Positions 16,782-24,100 of a stretch of DNA of 24,100 nucleotides are shown here, piece after piece. Source of the stretch: a bacterium. Its GTDB lineage: Bacteria > Zhuqueibacterota > Zhuqueibacteria > Oceanimicrobiales > Oceanimicrobiaceae. The first letter of the stretch is position 1. Every line of letters begins with the position of its first letter. The DNA is taken from assembly GCA_046757025.1 (NCBI GenBank), contig JBHHXN010000074.1, positions 1 through 24,100 on the forward strand, written 5' to 3'. The position numbers were made by a program, and so were the translations under genes. The notes beneath the pieces were generated by a model. The model was not told the DNA's origin, ran no database searches, and saw nothing but the letters and a program-made list of their open reading frames with translations.

Positions 16782-17864
16782 ATGATTAAAAAGACAACAT
16801 TTTCATGGCCAAAACGAACAGCAGTGTCGCTGCTTTTGCTTTTGCCGCTGCTGTTCAATTATTGCGGCCACCAGAATCCGCGATCACGGGAAACGCATGC
16901 AGACCGGGAAGGCTGGATCGGAGTTTATGTGCAGGACGTCGATGGCGAGCTGCGCCGTTATTATGACCTGGATGCGCGTTCGGGGGTGTTGATCAACGAA
17001 ATCGTGGAAGACAGCCCGGCGGAAAAGGCCGGACTGCGGGATGAAGACATCATCGTTAAATTTGACGGCAAACGAATCCGTCGCACCGGTGACCTCACCA
17101 GACTGGTGCGACGAAAACAACCCAACGACCGGGTGCAAGTTGGAATAGTTCGGGATGGAAAAAAGAAAAAACTCACGCTTCGAATTGCAGAAAAGCCAGA
17201 AAGACTTTACCGCGATTTCAACAGCCGATTATTTAGTCGCCCACGAGATTATTCGTTTTCGCGTGGATACGGCGCCTGGCTTGGCGTACGCTTGGCTGAT
17301 TTAAACGACGATTTGGCCGGATATTTTGATGTGGATGAGCACGACGGCGCCCTGGTTCTGTCCGTTGAAGAAGACAGCCCCGCTGAACAGGCCAAAATCA
17401 AGTCTGGCGACGTCATCCTGAAAATAGACCGCCGGCGAGTGCGAGATTCCGAAGATGTTCTCGAAATAATCTCCAACCTTGAAGCCGGCGACGAAGTGGA
17501 AATTCAAATTAAAAGAAGGGGACGAACTCAATCTATTCGAGCCGAGTTGACATCGAATCCTCATCGCAATCGCTTCAATTTCAATAGGGATCATTGGCGA
17601 GAGTGGCGGGAAGAAATGAAACACTGGAAAAATGACTTACGGAAGCAGCTTCGGGGTTGGAATAAACAGCGACACCGTTCACGGTTGAATGATCTGCACG
17701 AGAAAAATCAGCGGCAACTCGGCAAGAACATCAAGCGAAATATGGAAAGAAGTTTGGACGTCAATTTTTATCTGGAAGCCGTGGAAGACGAAATCGACTC
17801 GGCCATGGACGATGTACATAAAGAGCTGGAAAAGGTTACATTTGAGCTTGAGTTTATCTATTGA
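16782..17864 (+). CDS. Exported (possibly lipoprotein) tandem PDZ-domain protein without a protease domain
   Basis: SD GAGGTG before the ATG at 16782; hydrophobic signal ending FNYC; two DegP-like PDZ domains (GWIGVYVQ..GVLINEIVEDSPAEKAGLRDEDII; AWLGVRL..GALVLSVEEDSPAEQAKIKSGDVI); charged helical C-terminus. Confidence 0.88.
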   Translation: MIKKTTFSWPKRTAVSLLLLLPLLFNYCGHQNPRSRETHADREGWIGVYVQDVDGELRRYYDLDARSGVLINEIVEDSPAEKAGLRDEDIIVKFDGKRIRRTGDLTRLVRRKQPNDRVQVGIVRDGKKKKLTLRIAEKPERLYRDFNSRLFSRPRDYSFSRGYGAWLGVRLADLNDDLAGYFDVDEHDGALVLSVEEDSPAEQAKIKSGDVILKIDRRRVRDSEDVLEIISNLEAGDEVEIQIKRRGRTQSIRAELTSNPHRNRFNFNRDHWREWREEMKHWKNDLRKQLRGWNKQRHRSRLNDLHEKNQRQLGKNIKRNMERSLDVNFYLEAVEDEIDSAMDDVHKELEKVTFELEFIY

Positions 17865-17940
17865 TCCCATAGATTTTGGATGGTTTCAACCCGTTTGTTT
17901 TGACTTTCTTTTTCGATAATAAGGTCTATCTGAATTGGAG

Positions 17941-17968
17941 AAGCCGGCTGCAGAGCGCCGGCTTTTTT
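17941..17968 (+). terminator. Rho-independent terminator
   Basis: AAGCCGGC-TGCAGAGC-GCCGGCTT followed by a T run, 77 nt after the PDZ gene stop. Confidence 0.8.
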
Positions 17969-18242
17969 GATGGCAACAAATCAGTTTGGTAAAAATTCAT
18001 CGATTCCCTTTTGCGGTCTGTTTAGTGGGGTCGAATTTCCAGGTGAAATCGAAAAAACAAATTGCGAATGAAGTTTATTTTGGAAAGAGGGTTTACTGGT
18101 GGGACAATCAGAAGCCGGCGCAATTTACTTTCGTCGATTTTTGTAGCGAATAATTAAATTAATTCAGAGGTGAATAAAGGAAACGCGATTGGGTATCAGT
18201 GCTTGTAACCAGATAACCATGCTGAAAAAAATGGAGGCTGCG

Positions 18243-20063
18243 ATGAAATCATTGAAAAATCTCTGGCCATGTGGGGTATTCATTTTTATCATCTTTTATT
18301 TTTCAAGCTCCAATGCCGAGTATTTGCAAAATCAATCCTCACTGACAGGCGATTGGCAGGGTAAGCTCAAGATTCCGGGCCTGGCGCTGAGAATTGTTTT
18401 CCATATTACGGTAAAGCCGGATGGCGCCATCAGCGCCACCATGGACAGCCCGGATCAGGGCGCCACCGGCATTCCCGTCAGCCAGGCTGAGATTCATGAC
18501 ACGCAATTACGCCTGCTGGTGCGCGCCATCGGCGGACTTTACGAAGGCAATTGGGACCCCAAAAGTGGAGAGATCAAGGGTACGTGGCAGCAAGGGGGTA
18601 AATCTTTTCCGTTAATCGTGCACAAAGTCGATCAATCAACAAAAGAAAAAAGATTTGTGGAAAAGCCACCGACGGTCTCGAAATCCGATCAGAATAAAAT
18701 CGTCGGGATCTGGCAGGGGCAGCTTGCAATTTCCGGGTTTGAATTACGCATTGTATTTCACATCGATGTGGATGAAAATGATCTCTTGAAAGCCACTATG
18801 GACAGTCCGGACCAGGGCGCCAAAGATATTCCCACCAGCCGGGTGGTGTTCCAAAAGGACAGTCTGAAAATCGAAGTGGCGGGTGTGGCCGGGCGCTATG
18901 ACGGTGTCTGGCAGGCGGAAAAAAAACAGATCACGGGCGTCTGGCGTCAGGGGGGCCGCAGCCTGCCGTTGATCCTCAAACGCGTGGACAAAGTAAAGGT
19001 AAGGCCGCGTCCTCAGGAGCCCATAAAACCGTATCCGTATCGGGAGCTGGAAGTAGAGTATGAAAATAAGCCGGCTGGAATTAGGCTGGCCGGAACCCTC
19101 ACTTTTCCCCAATCGGGCGAACCGTTTCCAGCGGCCATTTTGATCAGCGGCTCCGGGCCACAGGACCGCGATGAAACCGTTTTCGGTCACAAACCGTTCT
19201 GGGTGCTGGCCGACTACCTGACGCGCCTTGGAGTGGCCGTACTGCGCGTGGATGATCGCGGCACGGGCCGATCCACAGGTGATTTTAGCCTGGCAACTAG
19301 TGAGGATTTTGCAACAGATGTGTTGGCCGGAGTTGAATATCTTAAAAGCCGAAAAGAAATCGACCCGCGAAAAATTGGCTTGATCGGACACAGCGAAGGC
19401 GGACTCATCGCGCCCCTGGTGGCAGCGCAATCTACGGACATTGCGTTCATTGTGCTGTTGGCCGGCCCCGGGCTTCCCGGCGATCAGGTGCTGTTATTAC
19501 AAAAGTGTTTGATTTTACAAGCACAGGGCGCCAGTGCGGAGATGATCGAATTTGATCGGGCGTTTACAGAAAAAATATTTGCAATTGTGAAAACGGAAAA
19601 AGACAATGCAATGGCTGAAAAAAAGATCCGTGAGCTCAAAGATACGATGTGGCAGGGCATCAGCGAGGAGTTGAAGCAAGAGCTGAAACAATTCGGCGAT
19701 CAGGAACAGAATTGGCAGCAAGGACTGAAAGCGCTGACTTCGCCCTGGGTGCGCTTCTTTTTAAATTATGATCCAGCCCCTACATTAAAAAAAGTGACCT
19801 GTCCCGTGCTAGCTTTAAATGGTGAGAAGGATTTGCAGGTGGCGGCGGCGGAAAATCTGCGCGCCATCGAAGCCGCGCTGAAAGCGGGCGGTAATCGCCG
19901 CTACGAGGTCAAACCGTTGCCAGGTCTAAATCACTTATTTCAAACGGCCCAGACCGGCACCCTGTCAGAATATGCCCAAATTGAAGAAACTTTTTCACCC
20001 ACAGCGCTGAAAATCATCGGGAATTGGATACGTACACAGACAGCTTTGACTAAAGTGAATTGA
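18243..20063 (+). CDS. Exported alpha/beta-fold serine hydrolase with two tandem N-terminal beta-rich domains
   Basis: SD GGAGG before the ATG at 18243; signal peptide; ISGSGPQDRDE, VDDRGTG, nucleophile elbow GHSEGG, GEKDLQV (Asp) and LNHLFQ (His). Confidence 0.9.
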   Translation: MKSLKNLWPCGVFIFIIFYFSSSNAEYLQNQSSLTGDWQGKLKIPGLALRIVFHITVKPDGAISATMDSPDQGATGIPVSQAEIHDTQLRLLVRAIGGLYEGNWDPKSGEIKGTWQQGGKSFPLIVHKVDQSTKEKRFVEKPPTVSKSDQNKIVGIWQGQLAISGFELRIVFHIDVDENDLLKATMDSPDQGAKDIPTSRVVFQKDSLKIEVAGVAGRYDGVWQAEKKQITGVWRQGGRSLPLILKRVDKVKVRPRPQEPIKPYPYRELEVEYENKPAGIRLAGTLTFPQSGEPFPAAILISGSGPQDRDETVFGHKPFWVLADYLTRLGVAVLRVDDRGTGRSTGDFSLATSEDFATDVLAGVEYLKSRKEIDPRKIGLIGHSEGGLIAPLVAAQSTDIAFIVLLAGPGLPGDQVLLLQKCLILQAQGASAEMIEFDRAFTEKIFAIVKTEKDNAMAEKKIRELKDTMWQGISEELKQELKQFGDQEQNWQQGLKALTSPWVRFFLNYDPAPTLKKVTCPVLALNGEKDLQVAAAENLRAIEAALKAGGNRRYEVKPLPGLNHLFQTAQTGTLSEYAQIEETFSPTALKIIGNWIRTQTALTKVN

Positions 20064-20128
20064 ATCAGAAAAAATCCCGTGAAAAGGACCTGGACTAAAG
20101 TTCTATTTATTTGTGATTTAAAATGAGA

Positions 20129-21046
20129 TTATTTTCTTCGCTTCCTCAAAATGGTTCGGTAGCTGCCCGCTCGGTAGCCGACTTTCCAATTGACGCGCGG
20201 ACCTTCGGACAGATAGTACCGGTAAGAAAATTGCGTTGAAATCGCAGTGAGAATGTGCCATAAAGCATGTCCCTGCAAGCAACTGCCCGGCCAGCACAAC
20301 AATTTTTTTTCATCGAGAATCCAGATTCCGAAACCCAGGGCTAAACTGATGACCGCCCCCAAAAAGAGCTTGTTTTGCAGCGACTTGTGCAGAAAAACTT
20401 CCATACTAAGCGCCCCCAGAATTAATCCGCCAAAGGCGTAACGGCTGGCTTCGGGTCGAAACCACTGAAACAAAACCAACGGCAGGACCACCAGGGCATA
20501 CACGCCCAAAAAGGCGGAGGCGCTTTGTTGCAGTTTGCGCGAAAGGCCATAAGTGAAAAGAAACCCACCCAGAAAGTACATTCCGGTGACGTCCACAAAA
20601 TGACCGAGGTAGGTTAAACTGGCGTGAAACAACCAGGAGCCGATGCCCATGATCACCAGGGAAGTGCCGTAAAGCAGTCCATACCTTTTGTAGCGCCGCA
20701 CCGGAGAAAGTCGCGGAGCGGAAACTTTGTCCAAAAAGGAACGCCGGGCTGCCCACAAACCGATAGTGACGAAAATTAAAGAAGACCAGGTATTGAACGG
20801 TTGCCGTACAGCCCCGCTGCGAATTTGTTCGCAAAATACTTTGTCCGGAAATCCTGTGGTGATTTTCCAGTTCTGCCAGGGGATTCCCCGGCTGCTGATG
20901 AAGATCAGCCCCCCCACGATGACAAAAAACAGGGCAAGTGGTACGAAGAACCGTTTCAACTCCCAGACAAACCATTTGCCGTATTTTTCCAGTAAAAGGG
21001 TTAAATAAAATCCTTTTCGTATTTTTCGAAATCTGAATCTTTTCAT
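20129..21046 (-). CDS. CREST-superfamily (alkaline ceramidase-like) multi-TM hydrolase
   Basis: FCE...QPFNTWSSL, SxxxH (GSWLFHAS), conserved Asp (FVDVTGM), HxxxH (GHALWHIL) and about 7-8 TMs. The ATG at 21046 has SD GGAG. Confidence 0.85.
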   Translation of the reverse strand: MKRFRFRKIRKGFYLTLLLEKYGKWFVWELKRFFVPLALFFVIVGGLIFISSRGIPWQNWKITTGFPDKVFCEQIRSGAVRQPFNTWSSLIFVTIGLWAARRSFLDKVSAPRLSPVRRYKRYGLLYGTSLVIMGIGSWLFHASLTYLGHFVDVTGMYFLGGFLFTYGLSRKLQQSASAFLGVYALVVLPLVLFQWFRPEASRYAFGGLILGALSMEVFLHKSLQNKLFLGAVISLALGFGIWILDEKKLLCWPGSCLQGHALWHILTAISTQFSYRYYLSEGPRVNWKVGYRAGSYRTILRKRRK

Positions 21047-21458
21047 CAGATGAACTCCGTTTCGAGGTGTGACCTCAGCTAAAAACATCAAAGCGCTGTG
21101 CTTTTCTTATTTATCATACAGCCCAACCGTCGGCAATGAAGATAAAGCGGGTTGACTTGCTGGTTAACGGTCTCATGCTATTGTCATCGTTAAATTTAAT
21201 TCGGTGCATCAGTTTGTTACTCAAAAATAACTCTTTTTTGCCTGTGCGTGTTTTTCAATCCAAGCTTTCTACTAATCAATAACTATCAGACAATAGTACT
21301 TTGTTCCAGCGAACTCGCTGGATAATTTTTGAAATAGGGCTCGGGCGGGCGTGTTTCCAGAAAAAAATCAGGGCTTTGAGCAAGGATGCAGCGCTTTGTT
21401 TTGTTGAGAAAAATTTGGTGACGGCCGTCGTTTCACTCGACATTCCTGCACAATTTTC

Positions 21459-21487
21459 TTGATAAATTTCAAAATATATCTTACTTT
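21459..21487 (+). promoter_or_regulatory. Candidate sigma70 promoter of ychF
   Basis: TTGATA-N17-TACTTT ending 32 nt upstream of the ychF ATG. Confidence 0.4.
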
Positions 21488-21519
21488 CAACTCTCATTAA
21501 AATAAATTTTTTACTTTTT

Positions 21520-22611
21520 ATGCGAATTGGAATTATTGGCTTACCACAATCTGGCAAAACAACTCTGTTCACAGCACTGACCGCATCATCCACTGCTCCG
21601 ACAACCACGCGCTTTGACAAGAAGGAAGCGCATTTAAGCATCGTTAAAGTTCCCGACCCGCGATTGGATCGGTTGCATGAATTATACAGTCAAGCTAAGA
21701 GCGTTCCGGCGACCATTGAATATTTGGATGTGGGGGGATTAGCGAAAGGCTCTACCCAACGGTCTGGGTTTCAGGAACAATTTTTAGGCAAATTACGCAA
21801 TGTCGATGCGTTGCTGTGTGTTCTCAGGAATTTCAGCGATGAAGCGGTGCCCCATCCGGAGGGAACGATCGATCCAAAAAGCGACCTGCTTACGATTGAG
21901 ACCGAGTTTTTTTTGTCCGACATGGCTATCCTGGAGGGCCGAATTGATCGGTTGGGTTCAGAATTAAAAAAGACCAAAAACGAGCAGGGACAGAGAGAAC
22001 TGACAGTTCTGCAAAAGTGTCTTGACAGCCTGGAATCGGAAACGCCTCTGCGAGAGCTAAATTTTAACCCATCTGAACAAAAAATCATAAAAGGTTTCCA
22101 GTTTTTGACTGCCAAGCCGATGCTGTTGATAATAAACATCGATGAAAAGGAGGTGAGCGATGATGAAGAAATAAGGCGTGCGTTTGCAGGAATTGTTAAA
22201 GGCAAAAATATCGTATTGGATTGCGTATCTGCGAAATTAGAGATGGAAATTGCGCAATTACCTGAGGATGAAAAAGAGCTGTTTCAAAAGGAAATGGGTA
22301 TTACAGAACCCGCTTTGCACAAATTGATTCGGGATTCCTATGATTTGTTGGGCTTAATTTCATTTTTCACCGCTGGTGATAAAGAAGTTCGCGCCTGGAC
22401 GATCAAGAAAAATACACGAGCCCAATCAGCGGCCGGTGCCATTCACACCGATATGGAACGGGGTTTTATCCGAGCTGAGGTAGTCGATTTTGACACATTG
22501 AGCCAGCTGGGCTCTCTGGTCAAGTGCAAAGAAAAAGGCCTGTTACGATTAGAAGGTAAGGAGTACACAATTAAGGATGGAGATGTTGTCACTTTTCGGT
22601 TTAATGTCTAA
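21520..22611 (+). CDS. ychF: YchF/Ola1 family ribosome-binding ATPase
   Basis: G1 GLPQSGKT, VPDPRL, G3 DVGGL, G4 NIDE, and a TGS domain FFTAGDKEVRAWT..AAGAIHTDMERGFIRAEV..EGKEY..DGDVVTFRFNV. Confidence 0.95.
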   Translation: MRIGIIGLPQSGKTTLFTALTASSTAPTTTRFDKKEAHLSIVKVPDPRLDRLHELYSQAKSVPATIEYLDVGGLAKGSTQRSGFQEQFLGKLRNVDALLCVLRNFSDEAVPHPEGTIDPKSDLLTIETEFFLSDMAILEGRIDRLGSELKKTKNEQGQRELTVLQKCLDSLESETPLRELNFNPSEQKIIKGFQFLTAKPMLLIINIDEKEVSDDEEIRRAFAGIVKGKNIVLDCVSAKLEMEIAQLPEDEKELFQKEMGITEPALHKLIRDSYDLLGLISFFTAGDKEVRAWTIKKNTRAQSAAGAIHTDMERGFIRAEVVDFDTLSQLGSLVKCKEKGLLRLEGKEYTIKDGDVVTFRFNV

Positions 22612-22626
22612 AAACGAGGGGAACAA

Positions 22627-23649
22627 TTGAAATTAAAAGTATTCATTGGAATCGTTATTAGCGCGATATTTTTTTATCTTGCTTTTAGAGAAGTCAATTT
22701 TCAGGAAATGCTCGAAGCGTTGAAAAATGCGAACTATATCTGGCTTATTCCTGCTATGAGTTTTATGCTTGCCAGCCATTGGCTGCGGGCATTTCGATGG
22801 CGTTATTTTTTAGAACCCATTCGGGAGGTGAAGATTCAGCCGCTTTTCTCAGCACTGATGATCGGCTATGCCGCCAACAATATTTTTCCATTGCGCCTGG
22901 GTGAGTTTTTACGCGCGTTTGCGATTGGTAAATCTCAACAAATTTCCAAAAGCTCGGCATTTGCCACAGTCCTGGTTGAACGGCTCATCGACCTTCTGTC
23001 TTTGCTGGTTCTTTTATCTGCCACGGTTTTCTTTTTTCCTTTGCCGGAGTTAATTAAAAAAAGCGGATATGGTATCTTTTTTATGACGACCAGTGCCATC
23101 ATCTTAATGGTTTTTTTGATGGAAAAAACCGACGGTACCATAAAGGTCTTACAGAAAATTTTGCCAACGAAAATCTTTGGCCTGGTTCAAAAAGTGGTTC
23201 GTTCTTTTCTAATGGGTTTCAGTGTTTTCAAAAAAACCGAACATTATCTCTCCATTCTCAATTTTTCGATTCTGGTGTGGGCATTTTACATCGGTACGGT
23301 TTACACATCGTTTTTCGCATTCGATTTTCCACAACGATACGACCTCAATATGTTTTCCAGTGTCGTCATACTGGTGATCGTCAGTATCGGGATCATGATT
23401 CCGTCTTCGCCCGGCTTTGTGGGAACCTACCACTGGTTTTGCATGAAAGGTCTGGCGCTTTTCGGTGTACCGGAAAGCGAAGCCTTGAGTTTTGCGGTCA
23501 TCAGTCACGCCATGAACACCATCCCGTTCACGCTCATCGGCCTCTCTTATTTTTGGAAAGATAACTTACGATTTGCTGACGCCATGGCTGAAAAAGAAAT
23601 GGTCGAACAGGAAGCCGAAGAAGAAAAATTGATGGGGGAAGCGGAATGA
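22627..23649 (+). CDS. Lysylphosphatidylglycerol synthase TM-region (UPF0104, flippase-like) membrane protein
   Basis: Multi-TM protein with LRAFRWRYFL, ANNIFPLRLGEFLRA, ERLIDLL and IPSSPGFVGTYH; TTG start with SD GAGGGG, 15 nt after the ychF stop. Confidence 0.9.
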   Translation: MKLKVFIGIVISAIFFYLAFREVNFQEMLEALKNANYIWLIPAMSFMLASHWLRAFRWRYFLEPIREVKIQPLFSALMIGYAANNIFPLRLGEFLRAFAIGKSQQISKSSAFATVLVERLIDLLSLLVLLSATVFFFPLPELIKKSGYGIFFMTTSAIILMVFLMEKTDGTIKVLQKILPTKIFGLVQKVVRSFLMGFSVFKKTEHYLSILNFSILVWAFYIGTVYTSFFAFDFPQRYDLNMFSSVVILVIVSIGIMIPSSPGFVGTYHWFCMKGLALFGVPESEALSFAVISHAMNTIPFTLIGLSYFWKDNLRFADAMAEKEMVEQEAEEEKLMGEAE

Positions 23650-23656
23650 TCTCTTG

Positions 23657-23698
23657 AAATTCAAAATGCAAATTTCAAATTGAAAAATGCAAAATTGT
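23657..23698 (+). repeat. Tandem degenerate heptamer repeat (AAATKCA-like, 6 units)
   Basis: AAATTCA AAATGCA AATTTCA AATTGAA AAATGCA AAATTGT. Confidence 0.7.
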
Positions 23699-23767
23699 GA
23701 GTCCCGTTAAAAGATGAAATAAATTAAGAAATTTTTGAAAATCCAGTTGAGCCGTATCTTAATCTCT

Positions 23768-23911
23768 CCTAAATTGAGCGATTTAGCTTTGAATTGTCCT
23801 ATTAACGGGTTAGCATCAAGGGTGTTCACGCTTCAGCGTGTTTTTCCCCAAACCCCTGCAAGCTGAAGCTTGTACCCCGTCCCCCTTCATTCAGGAATCG
23901 CTCAATTTAGG
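23768..23911. mobile_element. MITE (non-autonomous IS derivative), 144 bp
   Basis: Perfect 16-bp terminal inverted repeats CCTAAATTGAGCGATT (23768-23783) and AATCGCTCAATTTAGG (23896-23911); direct repeat TCTCT immediately outside both ends (23763-23767, 23912-23916); no transposase. Confidence 0.85.
23821..23878. repeat. Inverted REP doublet inside the MITE
   Basis: GGTGTTCACGCTTCAGCGTG (23821-23840) and inverted copy CAAGCTGAAGCTTGTACCCC (23859-23878); 16/20 identical, each self-palindromic. Confidence 0.7.
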
Positions 23912-24021
23912 TCTCTGTTAATTTGGTAACCATTGTGGGAAATTAGTTCGCCGAGACCATTTGCCTCGTTGATCGTCGCTTACTTGAAAAATGGATTACA
24001 CGGTTCTCCCTCGCAATTATC

Positions 24022-24047
24022 CAATTTGTATTTTGAATTTTTCATTT
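24022..24047 (-). repeat. Inverted copy of the heptamer array
   Basis: Reverse complement reads AAATGAA AAATTCA AAATACA AATTG. Confidence 0.6.
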
Positions 24048-24100
24048 ACTCAAGTTTCGCAGTTGTGTAATCAATGGTTTTTAAGGTATTTTTCTTAACC

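Noticed and set aside
21276..21641. Minus-strand 121-aa ORF
   Set aside because: Overlaps the ychF start and candidate promoter in antisense, with no recognisable motifs or properly spaced SD.
1..24100. CRISPR array, tRNA/rRNA genes, integrase or transposase genes
   Set aside because: No regularly spaced direct repeats, cloverleaf or rRNA-like sequence, or recombinase motifs were seen.

Overview
Bacterial chromosomal window of about 45-50% GC; the lineage cannot be determined from the sequence alone. About 15.5 kb (791-16312, minus strand) is one co-oriented nine-gene cluster of unknown function: TPR/gluzincin metallopeptidase, two DUF4159 proteins, a MoxR AAA+ ATPase, a DUF58 vWA protein, a BatA-type double-TM vWA protein, a DUF4175-like coiled-coil membrane protein, a vWA/GATase-like membrane protein and an exported caspase/legumain-fold protein with Ser at the catalytic Cys position. 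To the right are a protease-less tandem-PDZ protein, an exported alpha/beta hydrolase with a duplicated N-terminal domain, a CREST/ceramidase-like membrane hydrolase, a divergent ychF and a lysylphosphatidylglycerol-synthase-TM (flippase-like) gene. The non-coding ends hold the main surprises. At 418-790 a GC-rich (~60%) foreign-looking segment carries a 56-aa membrane ORF followed by a well-formed integron attC site, with no integrase in the window, next to a cluster of palindromic REP-like repeats. At 23768-23911 there is a 144-bp MITE (perfect 16-bp TIRs, 5-bp TCTCT target duplication) containing a REP doublet and lying between inverted heptamer-repeat arms. All family calls come from motifs recognised by eye; no database searches were run.
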